Below are positions 45,037-55,201 of a stretch of 59,352 nt of DNA, in pieces; position 1 is the first letter of the stretch; each line of letters starts with the position of its first letter. The notes beneath the pieces were generated by a model. It searched no databases. It saw only the letters and a program-made list of their open reading frames with translations, and had not been told where the DNA came from. The stretch comes from a virus. Taxonomy: Duplodnaviria > Caudoviricetes. A program made the position numbers and the translations under genes. Location: positions 1 to 59,352 of IMG/VR virus record IMGVR_UViG_3300043415_000084. One strand, written 5' to 3'.

Positions 45037-47544
45037 ATGGCCACTAGCACTTTTCCGCAGCAGCAACAGCCATCGATGACCCCCGGGCCGGAGGATACCG
45101 AAGGTCTGATGGTCGACCTGGACGACGAGTTCGCGGAGATCGAAGAGCAGCCCGACGGCTCGGCGATCGTCCGAATGCGTGAATTCGCGGGTCCACAAGA
45201 GGATCCGGACTTCTACGAGAATCTGGCCGAGACCGTTCCCTCCTGGGAGTTGTCAAAGCTCGCGCTGAAGATGATCCAGCTGATCAAAGCGGACAAAGAA
45301 GCGCGGAAGGAACGCGACGAGCAATACGAAGAGGGGATCCGACGCACGGGATTGGGGAAAGACGCCCCGGGTGGTGCGAATTTCGAGGGTGCATCTAAAG
45401 TCGTGCACCCGGTGATGGCCGAGGCCTGCGTCGATTTCGAATCCAGGGCGATCAAAGAGCTTTTCCCGCCGGACGGTCCCGTACGGACGAATGTGGTGGG
45501 GGATGTCACCGACGAGCAAAAGAATCGGGCCGAGCGCAAGCGCGATTTCATGAACTGGCAGCTGACGAACCAGATCGTCGAATTCCGGGACGAACAGGAG
45601 CAAATGCTGACCCAGCTCCCGCTTGGGGGTTCGCAGTTCCTGAAGCTGTGGTACGATCCGCAGAAAAAGCGCCCCTGCGCCGAATTCGTTCCGATCGACA
45701 ATCTAATCATCCCTTACGCGGCGGGGAGTTTCTACACCGCGAACCGTTGCGCCGAGATGCAGGACATCACCGAGCAGATGTTCAACGAGCGGATCGAGGC
45801 GGGGCTTTATCGTGACATTTCGGTCACCAGGGTTGCCGAGGAGCCCGAGCTTACCGAGCCCGAGAAGGCGAACCAGAAGGTCGAGGGCAAGACCTGGACC
45901 GATGACGAGGACGGGCTGCGGCGTGTGTACCACGTGATGGTGAACATGTCCTGCGAGTGGGACACGTTGTGCGACGGCGAAATCGCCCCTTACATTTTGA
46001 TGATCGACGAGCAGACCTCCGATGTGGTCGGCTGGTACCGAAATTGGGAAGAAGGGGACGAGACGCGCACGAAGCTCGACTGGATCATCGAGTTCAAATT
46101 CATCCCCTGGCGTGGAGCACTGGCGATCGGGTTTCCGCATTTGATCGGCGGCATGTCGGCTGCGCTCACCGGGGCACTCCGGGCGCTGCTGGACACGGCG
46201 CACATCAATAACGCGGCGACGATGCTCAAGCTCAAAGGGACGAAGATTTCGGGCCAAAGTCAGAACGTCGATGTTACCCAGATCACCGAGATCGAGGGTG
46301 CACCGGGGGTGGATGACATTCGCAAGATCGCGATGCCGATGCCTTTCAATCCGCCGTCCGAAGTGCTATTCAAGCTGATGGGGTGGCTGACCGAAGCCGC
46401 GAAAGGCGTGGTGACCACGAGCGAAGAGAAAATCGCCGATATCGCCTCCACTGCTCCGGTCGGTACGACTCAGGCGCTGATCGAACAGGGCGCGGCGGTA
46501 TTTAGCGCGATTCACGCCCGGTTGCACGAGTCGCAAAAGCGGGTGCTGATGGTGCTGCAGCGCATCAACCGCTGGTACCTCGACGAAATGATCATGCACG
46601 ACGTCCCGGCGGAACTCGAGGTTAAGCGCGAGGACTTCAACCGGAACTCGGACGTGATCCCAGTGTCGGATCCGCATATCTTCTCCGAAACGCAGCGGAT
46701 GGCACAGAATCAAGCCGTGCTGGCGCTGATGGACAAGAACCCGGACCTTTTCGACCGCCGTGCGGTTGTACACCGGGTGCTAAAGCAGATGAAGGTGCCG
46801 AACATCACCGAAATCATGCCCGCTGTGGCCGAACCGATGGAGATCAACGCGGCGGAGGAAAATGGTGCGATGTCGATCGGTCGCGCAGCATTCGCCTACC
46901 CACACCAAAACCACCTCGCGCATATTCAGGCGCACCTTGATTTCGCGATGAACCCGATGCTGGGCGCGAACCCGATGATCGCCCCGACTTTCATGCCAAT
47001 GCTGGTCGAGCACATCAAGCAGCACGTGATCCTTTGGTACCTGGGCCACATGAACGGTTATGTCGAAAAGGCGCTCGGCAAGAAGCCCGAGGACTACGAC
47101 GTCGCCGGAATCACCGGAGAGGTGGACAAGCTGTACGCACTCGCCTCGCAACACGTGATGATGGACTCGAAAGACGCTTTCGCGAAGGTCATGCCGGTGA
47201 TCCAGCAGATCCAGCAGGTGCTAATGCAGCTCAAGCCCAAGCCCCCAATGGACGGCGGCGACCAAGTGATCCTCGAGACCTCAATGGCCGAAACGCAACG
47301 CCGTGCCGAGAACGACAAGGCGCGACTGGCGCTCGACGCCGAGAAGATCAAGCTCGAGGCGCTGGCCAAGAATCGCCAACAGCAAATCGACATCGCGCTC
47401 AACGCCAGCGATAACCTGACCGAAGAGCGAATCAAGACCGCAGAACTTACGCACGACGCGCAAAGGCTGCAATCCGAGCAGCTCGAAACTGCAATTACCG
47501 CGCAAGACAGCGCACAACGTGCACTAGGAGGCATGAATGGCTAA
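45037..47544 (+). CDS. Portal protein
   Basis: F.GAS.V.HPV.AEA.V.F..RA..ELFP..GPV, LPL.GS.F.K, PVGTT.AL.E, DV.PVSDP; size and position. Confidence 0.85.
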   Translation: MATSTFPQQQQPSMTPGPEDTEGLMVDLDDEFAEIEEQPDGSAIVRMREFAGPQEDPDFYENLAETVPSWELSKLALKMIQLIKADKEARKERDEQYEEGIRRTGLGKDAPGGANFEGASKVVHPVMAEACVDFESRAIKELFPPDGPVRTNVVGDVTDEQKNRAERKRDFMNWQLTNQIVEFRDEQEQMLTQLPLGGSQFLKLWYDPQKKRPCAEFVPIDNLIIPYAAGSFYTANRCAEMQDITEQMFNERIEAGLYRDISVTRVAEEPELTEPEKANQKVEGKTWTDDEDGLRRVYHVMVNMSCEWDTLCDGEIAPYILMIDEQTSDVVGWYRNWEEGDETRTKLDWIIEFKFIPWRGALAIGFPHLIGGMSAALTGALRALLDTAHINNAATMLKLKGTKISGQSQNVDVTQITEIEGAPGVDDIRKIAMPMPFNPPSEVLFKLMGWLTEAAKGVVTTSEEKIADIASTAPVGTTQALIEQGAAVFSAIHARLHESQKRVLMVLQRINRWYLDEMIMHDVPAELEVKREDFNRNSDVIPVSDPHIFSETQRMAQNQAVLALMDKNPDLFDRRAVVHRVLKQMKVPNITEIMPAVAEPMEINAAEENGAMSIGRAAFAYPHQNHLAHIQAHLDFAMNPMLGANPMIAPTFMPMLVEHIKQHVILWYLGHMNGYVEKALGKKPEDYDVAGITGEVDKLYALASQHVMMDSKDAFAKVMPVIQQIQQVLMQLKPKPPMDGGDQVILETSMAETQRRAENDKARLALDAEKIKLEALAKNRQQQIDIALNASDNLTEERIKTAELTHDAQRLQSEQLETAITAQDSAQRALGGMNG

Positions 47545-47704
47545 CACCACGTACGAAATCAACGCATCGAAGGTAAATGTTCCATACCACAAGCGGATCG
47601 CGATGGGCGAAAAGCTCGACGGCTCTTCCCTGCAGTCGAAGGGGAGCACCGAAGCGCCCGCCAAGAAGTCGGGCGGCGCATTGTCCTCGATGAAAAAGAA
47701 ATAG
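47537..47704 (+). CDS. Small basic protein (55 aa, MANTTYEIN..HKRIAMG..KKSGGAL)
   Basis: Read manually; AGGAGG RBS; overlaps the portal stop. Confidence 0.6.
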   Translation: MANTTYEINASKVNVPYHKRIAMGEKLDGSSLQSKGSTEAPAKKSGGALSSMKKK

Positions 47705-47705
47705 C

Positions 47706-47891
47706 ATGCGTTACGTCTCGGACTTCGTCGAGGCTCTGAAGTACGAGCAGCAACGTTTGCGCGATGCAATGGCCGCAGGATCCCCTGCGACCTTTGAGGC
47801 CTACCAACGCCTAGTTGGCCAAAATCAAGGGCTTGAAAAAGCTCTGGATATCTTAAACAATCTTTTAATGGAAGAGGATTCCGATGACTGA
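47706..47891 (+). CDS. Small head-module protein
   Basis: G....FE.YQRLVGQ..GL..A pattern; between portal and GroES-like gene. Confidence 0.7.
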   Translation: MRYVSDFVEALKYEQQRLRDAMAAGSPATFEAYQRLVGQNQGLEKALDILNNLLMEEDSDD

Positions 47892-48315
47892 TAAACCGGA
47901 GGCTTCGAATGAAGCCGCTTTGCGGGAAGCATTTCCTGCTGTCGACCCCGGTGCTGTACCCGTAGGTGGCCGTATTTTGGTTCAGTGGCGTCAAACCCGC
48001 AAAACCGCGACCGCTGCAGGTCTACTAATCGTGGAAGAGACGAAAGAAACGGAAAAGTGGAACAATCAAGTCGCGAAGGTGATAGCGATTGGACCGCTGG
48101 CATTCAAGAAGCGAGACACGCTTGAACCCTGGCCGGAAGGCAACTGGGTGGAGGTGGGCGATTACGTCCGCATGCCGAAGTGGGGCGGCGACAGGTGGGA
48201 GGTCGTGTTTGGCGATCCAAAGCTGGGCGAAACCGCGCTGTTCTCGATCTTTAATGACCACGAAGTGATCTCTAAAGTAACGGGTGATCCGTTGAAAGTG
48301 AAGGCCTTCCTATGA
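47884..48315 (+). CDS. GroES-like co-chaperonin
   Basis: PVGGRILV, T.AGLLI, V.AIGP, VGDYV, ND.EVI. Confidence 0.8.
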   Translation: MTDKPEASNEAALREAFPAVDPGAVPVGGRILVQWRQTRKTATAAGLLIVEETKETEKWNNQVAKVIAIGPLAFKKRDTLEPWPEGNWVEVGDYVRMPKWGGDRWEVVFGDPKLGETALFSIFNDHEVISKVTGDPLKVKAFL

Positions 48316-49316
48316 ATGCGACCGAAAAGGCGGAGATGCAGGTCTCCGAAGCCCCGGACGGCTCGGCCATCGTCGAGATGGTGACGCCCGAAGAGGTGAA
48401 CACCGAGCAGAAGATGGAGCAAATCGGTGTCCAGAATGGGTTCGAACGGGCGAATGCTAATTCGAACACCGACGCCGACGATGACGGCGAAGAGGTGGAT
48501 CCCGAACGTGAAGCGATCCGGGCTGCAAGGCGTGAAGAGCGGCACCTGAAGAAGCGCTTGACCAAAGCGAAGATCGAGGAGTCGAGCCACGTCATCAATT
48601 CGCTGCGCCGCGAGAACGAGCGGATGGCCGAAAGGCTAGCGGTCCTTGAACGCAAGACGGCGGGGTCCGACCTTGCGCGACTCGACAAGGCGATCGAGGA
48701 TTCGCAGGTGCGGATGACGTACGCCAAGATGAAGATCAAAGAGGCGACCGAACAGGCGGATGGTGCAAGTCTGGCCGAAGCCCAAGAGGCGTGGTACGAA
48801 GCGAGGCGTCAGGCGGAAGCACTGGAGGCGCTCAAGCGTAAAGCCGTCGAATCGGGTCCTACTTCGAATGTCCCCCAGGCACCGGATCCGACCCTGAAAA
48901 AGCACGCCTCCAATTGGATGGCTCGCAACGACTGGTACGACCCCAACGGGCGGGATATGGACTCGCAGATCACCACCAAGATCGACGAGCAGCTGACGAA
49001 AGAAGGCTGGGATCCAAAGACCCCCGATTACTGGGAGGAGCTGGATAATAGATTGACAAAATACCTGCCTCACAGGTACAATTCGTCCAACGATGACCGT
49101 TCGTCATCTAATCGGAGACCTCGTTCGGTGGTTACTGGCTCAGGTAGAGAATCAGCACACGGCAATCGCAACGATAGCAATGCAGGGTTCCATTTGTCGC
49201 CAGAGCGGGTAATAGCGATCAAAGAAGCGGGTAGGTGGGACAATCTCGCCGAACGCAAGAAAATGATCCAGAAATACATGGAATATGACCGCATGCACGG
49301 AACAAGGAATAACTGA
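48312..49316 (+). CDS. Probable capsid scaffolding protein
   Basis: Acidic N-terminus, long coiled coil, W..RN.WY..G, G.DP...YW.ELD.RL; upstream of capsid genes. Confidence 0.65.
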   Translation: MNATEKAEMQVSEAPDGSAIVEMVTPEEVNTEQKMEQIGVQNGFERANANSNTDADDDGEEVDPEREAIRAARREERHLKKRLTKAKIEESSHVINSLRRENERMAERLAVLERKTAGSDLARLDKAIEDSQVRMTYAKMKIKEATEQADGASLAEAQEAWYEARRQAEALEALKRKAVESGPTSNVPQAPDPTLKKHASNWMARNDWYDPNGRDMDSQITTKIDEQLTKEGWDPKTPDYWEELDNRLTKYLPHRYNSSNDDRSSSNRRPRSVVTGSGRESAHGNRNDSNAGFHLSPERVIAIKEAGRWDNLAERKKMIQKYMEYDRMHGTRNN

Positions 49317-49317
49317 A

Positions 49318-49854
49318 ATGAGAGACGAACGACTCAAAAAGAATCTTTCGGCAGGTGGCCGTGAGTCCCGCGCAGTGCAGGACGGAAGACAGTCAGCTGA
49401 CGAGAGCTTGGCAAGCAGCCGCGAACGTCGTAGGATGTTCAGAGATGAGTGGATGCAAGAATCCCTCCCCAAACCACCCGGTATTCCGGGGTTTCATCTT
49501 TGTTGGCTTTCCTCCACCAATGGCTACGATCCAATCCACAAGCGATTGCGGATGGGTTACACGCCGGTAAAACCCGAGGAAGTTCCTGGCTTTGAGAATT
49601 ACCGAGTAAAAGCAGGGGAACACGAAGGATTTATCGCCTGTAACGAAATGCTACTGTACAAGATTCCCGAGGATATTTACCAAGGGATCATGGAAGAATT
49701 TCACCACTACGCTCCCCAGGACGAAGCGGACAAAATCCGCGTCCAGGCCGAGCAGCAGCTGGGTCGGGATTCGCGCGGTAGGTCTCTTGGCAGTCTCGAG
49801 GGTGAGGGTATCGCCTCTATGGATGAAGTACGTCCCGTTCCAGTATTCAACTGA
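49318..49854 (+). CDS. Conserved head-module hypothetical protein
   Basis: LP.PP..PG...CW.....GY.PV..EE..LLYKIP pattern. Confidence 0.6.
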   Translation: MRDERLKKNLSAGGRESRAVQDGRQSADESLASSRERRRMFRDEWMQESLPKPPGIPGFHLCWLSSTNGYDPIHKRLRMGYTPVKPEEVPGFENYRVKAGEHEGFIACNEMLLYKIPEDIYQGIMEEFHHYAPQDEADKIRVQAEQQLGRDSRGRSLGSLEGEGIASMDEVRPVPVFN

Positions 49855-49879
49855 CGGATACTTTATTTAGGAGATATCG

Positions 49880-50479
49880 ATGTCTGCAACATCTGCTCCG
49901 TTTGGCTTGCGTCCTGCCTATCATCCCTCGGGCCTGGACAGGGCTTTCGCGCTTGCCAACGGTATTCAAGCCGTTTCCACTTCCGGAAACGTTTCAGCTG
50001 GTTATGCCACCAACATCCTCAAGGGTCAGCCCGTGAAGATGGACACTGGTGGTTACATCGTGGTCGCTGCTGCTGGTGACGCCTTCCTTGGCGCTTTCGC
50101 CGGTGTAGAATGGACCGATTCTACCGGTCGTCGCCGGGTTTCGAATTACTGGCCAGCCAGTGAATCGTTCCAGGTGGGTTCGGTAGTCGCTTACTTCTAC
50201 CAGGATCCCAACATCGTGTACGAGATCCAGTCTGACGGCACTCTCGCTCAGACCTCGATCGGTGATGAGGCAAACCTGAGTAACACTACGGCGGGTTCTA
50301 CCACCACGGGTCTCTCACAGTGCACACTGTCCAATACGTTGGCCGGTGCCGGTAACAACGCGCAAATGCGTATTATCGACATCGCTCCGTACCCGGACAA
50401 TGCCTGGGGTGACACTTATGTCATCGTACGCGCTCAGATTTCGAAGAGCCAGTACGTTGCCGCTTCTAACGCTATCTAA
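49880..50479 (+). CDS. Capsid decoration / minor capsid protein
   Basis: APFGLRP, I..G.PV, G.F.GVEW.D, DP..VYEIQ; directly before the MCP. Confidence 0.6.
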   Translation: MSATSAPFGLRPAYHPSGLDRAFALANGIQAVSTSGNVSAGYATNILKGQPVKMDTGGYIVVAAAGDAFLGAFAGVEWTDSTGRRRVSNYWPASESFQVGSVVAYFYQDPNIVYEIQSDGTLAQTSIGDEANLSNTTAGSTTTGLSQCTLSNTLAGAGNNAQMRIIDIAPYPDNAWGDTYVIVRAQISKSQYVAASNAI

Positions 50480-50492
50480 GGAGGGCTAAGAA

Positions 50493-51407
50493 ATGGCAGC
50501 CCCGATGCGCAGTACCGACTTTCGGTCGATAGTCGAGCCTATCCTTAACGAATGCTTCGACGGTATTTACGAGCAACGCAAGGACGAGTGGTCGAGAGTC
50601 TTCCGCGAGGAGCAAGGCATTCCTCGTAATTACCACGAAGAGCCAGTCCTGTACGGATTTGGCGCAGCACCTCAACTGCCTGATGGTACTCCAGTGACCT
50701 ATCAGCAGGGCGGTGTGCTCTTCCTCAAGCGCTACGTGTACAACGTTTATGGCTTGGCCTTCGCGTTGACCAAAGTGCTCGTGGAAGACGGCGACCACAT
50801 CCGGATCGGTCAAGTTTACGCCAAGCACCTCGCACAGTCACTCATTGAGACCAAAGAGACGCTGTCGGCAAACGTGCTCAACCGCGCCTTTAACAGCTCT
50901 TACCCCGGTGGCGACGGCGTCCAGTTGAACTCGGCTTCACACCCGATCGTCAATGGCACCTTCAGTAACCTTTTGTCTACAGCCGCGAACCTTTCGCAGA
51001 CCTCGCTTGAGCAAATGCTCATTCAGGTCCGTCAGGCAGTGGACAACAACGGCAAGAAGATCCGCCTTGTGCCCCGCCAGTTGGTGGTCGCACCCGGTAA
51101 CGTCTTCCAGGCCGAAGTGTTGCTCAAGTCCGTGCTCCGCGCAGGTACCGCGAACAACGACATCAACCCGGTCAAGTCAATTGGCTTGCTCGACGAAGGT
51201 GCCGCAGTTCTTTCGCGTCTGACCTCGGCGACGGCTTGGTGGGTGCAAACCGACGCTCCGGAAGGCATGAAGCTCTTGATGCGTCGTGCGCTTGAGAAGA
51301 CGATGGAAGGTGACTTCGAAACTGACTCGATGCGCTACAAGGCGACCGAGCGTTACGACGTCGGCTTTACCGATCCTCGGGCAATGTACGGCACTCCAGG
51401 AGTGTAA
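50493..51407 (+). CDS. Major capsid protein (HK97 fold, Mu gpT-like)
   Basis: EP.L..FG.A...DG..V.Y, ETKE...ANVLN.AF..GGDG..L.S.SHP, GDFET...RYKA.ERY..G..D.R..YG.PG. Confidence 0.88.
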   Translation: MAAPMRSTDFRSIVEPILNECFDGIYEQRKDEWSRVFREEQGIPRNYHEEPVLYGFGAAPQLPDGTPVTYQQGGVLFLKRYVYNVYGLAFALTKVLVEDGDHIRIGQVYAKHLAQSLIETKETLSANVLNRAFNSSYPGGDGVQLNSASHPIVNGTFSNLLSTAANLSQTSLEQMLIQVRQAVDNNGKKIRLVPRQLVVAPGNVFQAEVLLKSVLRAGTANNDINPVKSIGLLDEGAAVLSRLTSATAWWVQTDAPEGMKLLMRRALEKTMEGDFETDSMRYKATERYDVGFTDPRAMYGTPGV

Positions 51408-51412
51408 GTACC

Positions 51413-51444
51413 CGGGCCGGTTTAAAACCCGGCCCATTCATTTC
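51413..51444 (+). terminator. Hairpin after MCP (terminator or mRNA stabiliser)
   Basis: GGGCCGG-tttaaaac-CCGGCCC followed by attcattt. Confidence 0.5.
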
Positions 51445-51475
51445 AAGACTCGTCAAGCTTTTCAAGGAGAAGACG

Positions 51476-52438
51476 ATGCCTCAGTATTCAGATGACCTGT
51501 TTCTAGGTCCAGCGATAACCTATATGGGTTTATCGAGCACACCTAACACTTCGATTTTCACAGGTAGTATGTCGGGCACTACGCTCACTGTTACCGCTCT
51601 TCTTTCTGGTGACCCACTCCAAGTCGGCCAATACATCGATGGTACCAGCGTAACGAATGGTACCTACATCACTGCATTCGATAGTGGCACGGGCGGCGCG
51701 GGGACTTACACGATCAACCAATCGGTAAGCGCTTCCAGCACCACAATGTACGCCAATGGTAACGCGCTATTATCCGACCCGTCGAACATGGATGTTGGCG
51801 TTGGGCCACTCGGACGCATTTACGTTTGGGATGTCATTCCCCAAGCAGCAGTTACGAACAACGTCGCGGCATCGCAGACCGCTGCGGGCGCTGGCGCGGT
51901 CACTTTGACTGCTGGAACGTCGGTTCGGGCGGTCGTGAACTCAGCGGGTCAAACGGTCTACCAGCTCGACTGTCCAAGAGCCCTCAAGGTAAACTGCTCT
52001 ACAACCGCTCGTGCATTCACGATTACCGGTTATGATTACTATGGCCAGACAATGACCGAAACGATCACGGTTTCTGTCGCAGGTACAGCGGTCACGGGTA
52101 AGAAAGCGTTTTATCAGGTGTTGAGCGCAACGATCGCGGGTTCTGCTACTGCTGTAGTGATTGGTACCAGTGATGTTCTGGGTATCCCGGTAAGGGTAAC
52201 AAATGTAGCGTACGTGGCCAGTGTAAAAAGTAACAACACACTCGCCCAGGATACGGGCACTTTTGTAGCCGCAGATACCGCAACAGCTACCGCGACGACG
52301 GGCGACGTGCGCGGGACCTACACTCCGGCCACCGCATCAGATGGTATTGTCCGTACAGTGATGGGCATTCTACTTCCCGCAATCGCGGTTGGTCCGAACG
52401 CTACTCGCGTAGGGGCTCTCGGCGTTACCCAAGCCTAA
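51476..52438 (+). CDS. Structural (capsid fibre/decoration-like) protein
   Basis: Thr/Gly-rich beta protein following the MCP; TGDVRGTY motif. Confidence 0.55.
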   Translation: MPQYSDDLFLGPAITYMGLSSTPNTSIFTGSMSGTTLTVTALLSGDPLQVGQYIDGTSVTNGTYITAFDSGTGGAGTYTINQSVSASSTTMYANGNALLSDPSNMDVGVGPLGRIYVWDVIPQAAVTNNVAASQTAAGAGAVTLTAGTSVRAVVNSAGQTVYQLDCPRALKVNCSTTARAFTITGYDYYGQTMTETITVSVAGTAVTGKKAFYQVLSATIAGSATAVVIGTSDVLGIPVRVTNVAYVASVKSNNTLAQDTGTFVAADTATATATTGDVRGTYTPATASDGIVRTVMGILLPAIAVGPNATRVGALGVTQA

Positions 52439-52450
52439 TAGGAGGGCAAC

Positions 52451-53248
52451 ATGGGTCAGTTTAAACCAATGGTCAAAATGATGACCACCGAACCTTCGGT
52501 CATACTGAAGCTTAAACAGGGAGGATCAGCCTCTCATAAGCGGCTCATGAAAGAGGGCGGCGAAATGGGTCACAAGCCCATGGGAAAAGCGATCGGTGGC
52601 GCGATGGGCGCTTTAGCGGGTTCACCCCCTCCGACCACCCCGATCGGTAACCCTGCTGCAGCAAGAGCGATGGCTACTCGCCGTATGGCGAAGGCTCCGA
52701 CTCCGGCGGCGGCATCGGTTCCTCGCGTTGGACCTGCTCCCGCCCCTGCAATGCCAATGGGTCGTCCGATGATGCGCAAGAAAGGCGGAGAAATCGAGAC
52801 CCCGGCGATGCATAAAGCTGAGATGAAAGCGATTCACAATGTGGACACTCGGTTGAAGAAGCATGCTGATAAACCTGCCTCGAAAGCGCACAAGGGATTG
52901 AGGACGGGTGGTGTTGCCAAGTCGACGAAACCGGGTGAATACGCGACCGGCGGCGTAGTGGACGGTCAAGGTGGATTCAAGAATGGTGGTATCATCAAGA
53001 CGATGACCAAGAAGACGACGAAGGTGGTAGAGGCAAAGCCCGACCGCAATTCGGCTCCGACTGGCGACGTTAAGATGGGGAATGCTGGTGGCTACAAGAA
53101 AGGTGGTGCCACAAAAAAGCATTTTGCTACGGGGGGCGTAGTTGATTCAGGCCGACCCGTAGCGATGCCGAAAAAGGCTCCTTCCAAACCCGTCGCGATT
53201 TCCCAGCTTTCCGGGACGTTCAAGAAGGGTGGTCAGGTAGCTTGTTAA
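52451..53248 (+). CDS. Basic low-complexity protein with ~10 [YFMLK]xxGG repeats
   Basis: LKQGG, MKEGG, KAIGG, RKKGG, LRTGG, YATGG, FKNGG, YKKGG, FATGG, FKKGG. Confidence 0.7.
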   Translation: MGQFKPMVKMMTTEPSVILKLKQGGSASHKRLMKEGGEMGHKPMGKAIGGAMGALAGSPPPTTPIGNPAAARAMATRRMAKAPTPAAASVPRVGPAPAPAMPMGRPMMRKKGGEIETPAMHKAEMKAIHNVDTRLKKHADKPASKAHKGLRTGGVAKSTKPGEYATGGVVDGQGGFKNGGIIKTMTKKTTKVVEAKPDRNSAPTGDVKMGNAGGYKKGGATKKHFATGGVVDSGRPVAMPKKAPSKPVAISQLSGTFKKGGQVAC

Positions 53249-53288
53249 TAGTAGGGGGCTCAGGCCCCCGCTAACTTTGGGGATTAGC

Positions 53289-53705
53289 ATGGCAGACGCA
53301 GTAGCAAGCCAAACGTTATTTGATGGCGAGCGTATGGCCATCATGAAGTTCACGAACACTAGTGATGGCACCGGTGAAACCAATGTGGTTAAGGTCAACC
53401 CTTCCTCGTTAAATCCTTCAACCGCAGGTGGCGCTTGTGATTCAGTGACAATCACTAAAATCACGGCTCTGACTCACGGGATGGAAGTTCAGCTAAAATG
53501 GAAGGCTACTACGCCTGTAATAATCGAGACCATCCCGCAAAATAATGTATACCAACAGGATTTCGAAAAGATCGGTGGTCTTACGAACAACGCGGGCACC
53601 GGCAAAGATGGGGCGATCACGTTTACCACATTAGACGCCTCGTTGAACGACACTTACACGGTTGTTTTAGAGATGGTTAAACATTACGTTAATCCTAGGG
53701 GTTAG
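53289..53705 (+). CDS. Structural hypothetical protein
   Basis: MADAV.SQT..DG.R..IMKFTN.SDGTGE..V.KV..S.L motif; structural operon. Confidence 0.6.
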   Translation: MADAVASQTLFDGERMAIMKFTNTSDGTGETNVVKVNPSSLNPSTAGGACDSVTITKITALTHGMEVQLKWKATTPVIIETIPQNNVYQQDFEKIGGLTNNAGTGKDGAITFTTLDASLNDTYTVVLEMVKHYVNPRG

Positions 53706-53707
53706 TA

Positions 53708-54115
53708 ATGCCAGCCAGATCCAAGGCCCAATTCCGGTTGATGAAGGCGGCGGAGCACAACCCCGCATTCGCAAAGAAGGTCGGAATTTCGTCTTCGATA
53801 GCTTCCGAGTATACTTCTAGCAACGTGAAGGGCAAGTCTTATGCGAAGCTACCTGAAAGAAAAGCTAAGGGCGGTGTTGCACTTGCTGTCGGACGTGGTG
53901 AAAAGCTGGCGACATCTGAGGGCGCAGGCCTCACGGCCAAAGGAAGAGCAAAGTACAACCGGGAAACCGGATCGAACCTGAAAGCTCCCCAGCCACAGGG
54001 GGGTTCACGGAAGGATAGTTTCTGTGCTAGAATGTCGGGTGTCGTGAAGAACGCATCAGGTGATGCACCACGAGCCAAGGCAAGTCTCCGCAGGTGGAAA
54101 TGCCCCGGATGGTAA
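53708..54115 (+). CDS. Small basic protein (DUF6321-like C-terminus)
   Basis: GLT.KGRAKYNRETGS.LKAP..RK.SFCARM.G...SLRRWKC. Confidence 0.6.
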   Translation: MPARSKAQFRLMKAAEHNPAFAKKVGISSSIASEYTSSNVKGKSYAKLPERKAKGGVALAVGRGEKLATSEGAGLTAKGRAKYNRETGSNLKAPQPQGGSRKDSFCARMSGVVKNASGDAPRAKASLRRWKCPGW

Positions 54116-54124
54116 AGGACTTTC

Positions 54125-55201
54125 ATGACGACTTCTGGTACAGTCGGCACCACAATAGTTACGGTTCAAGAGTTCATAGACGAGGGTGCTCGCAAGTGCG
54201 GTAAACTCGCGGAAGAGCTTACCAACGAGCAGACCAGATCCGCGAAGCAGAATCTCACTTTTCTGCTCTCTGCGTTGATCAACAAAGGTATTCAGTACTG
54301 GGCAATCGATAAATTAGTTATTGGTCTTAAACCCAATCAGTACCAATACGAACTACCGTTGGGTTCAAATGATGCATTGAACGTGCTTTACCGCACGATG
54401 AATCGACCCTCAGGTACGTATGCTACCTCGGCGGGTGGCACTGTAGCCTTCGCTTTCGATAATGACACCAGTACATATTGCCAGCAAACGTCGACTAACG
54501 GAAACATCTCCGTGCAGTACGGCTCGGGGAATCCCGAGTATATAGGCTCAATCGGTCTTCTGCCCTACGTCTCCGGTGGTGGTGACGCGGTCTGGACGTT
54601 GATCCTCGAATATTCAAATGATCTCGGGGTAACCTGGAACACACTTTATGACCTTGGCACCGTAACCGTTACTGATAACCAGTGGCTCTGGACCGACATC
54701 GATCCAGGACAAGACGTCACCGGATACCGCGTCCGGGCCTCCGGAGGTACCACGCTTGCACTCCGAGAGTTCTACCTGGGTGATAATAGCCGAGAGATTC
54801 AGATGGCCCGTCTGAACCGCGACGACTATACGAACTTGCCTAATAAGAACTTTACGGCGAACCAGCCCTACCAGTATTGGTTCGACCGCACGATTCCGAA
54901 GCCGACACTTTACTTATGGCCAACGCCCAGCGACGCCTTTATTCAGATGACCGTTTGGTATTCGCGACTTGTTCAAGACGTAGGTAAGCTCTCGAATACC
55001 CTTGAAATCCCCGATCGCTGGTGTCTGGCTATCCAGTACATGCTCGCGCAGCATATGGCACTTTCACTTCCCGCTGTAGCCGTAGATCGTGCAAAGTATT
55101 TAAAAGAACTCGCGGATCAATACTTCAACGAGGCCGAACAAGAAGAGCGCGACAAATCTCCGATTTACTGGGCACCAAACATTGCGGTGTACACCCGATA
55201 A
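54125..55201 (+). CDS. Head-tail adaptor / tail tubular protein with inserted domain
   Basis: MTTSGT..., NKG..YW, R.DY..LPNK....P.QYWFDR...LWP.P. Confidence 0.65.
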   Translation: MTTSGTVGTTIVTVQEFIDEGARKCGKLAEELTNEQTRSAKQNLTFLLSALINKGIQYWAIDKLVIGLKPNQYQYELPLGSNDALNVLYRTMNRPSGTYATSAGGTVAFAFDNDTSTYCQQTSTNGNISVQYGSGNPEYIGSIGLLPYVSGGGDAVWTLILEYSNDLGVTWNTLYDLGTVTVTDNQWLWTDIDPGQDVTGYRVRASGGTTLALREFYLGDNSREIQMARLNRDDYTNLPNKNFTANQPYQYWFDRTIPKPTLYLWPTPSDAFIQMTVWYSRLVQDVGKLSNTLEIPDRWCLAIQYMLAQHMALSLPAVAVDRAKYLKELADQYFNEAEQEERDKSPIYWAPNIAVYTR

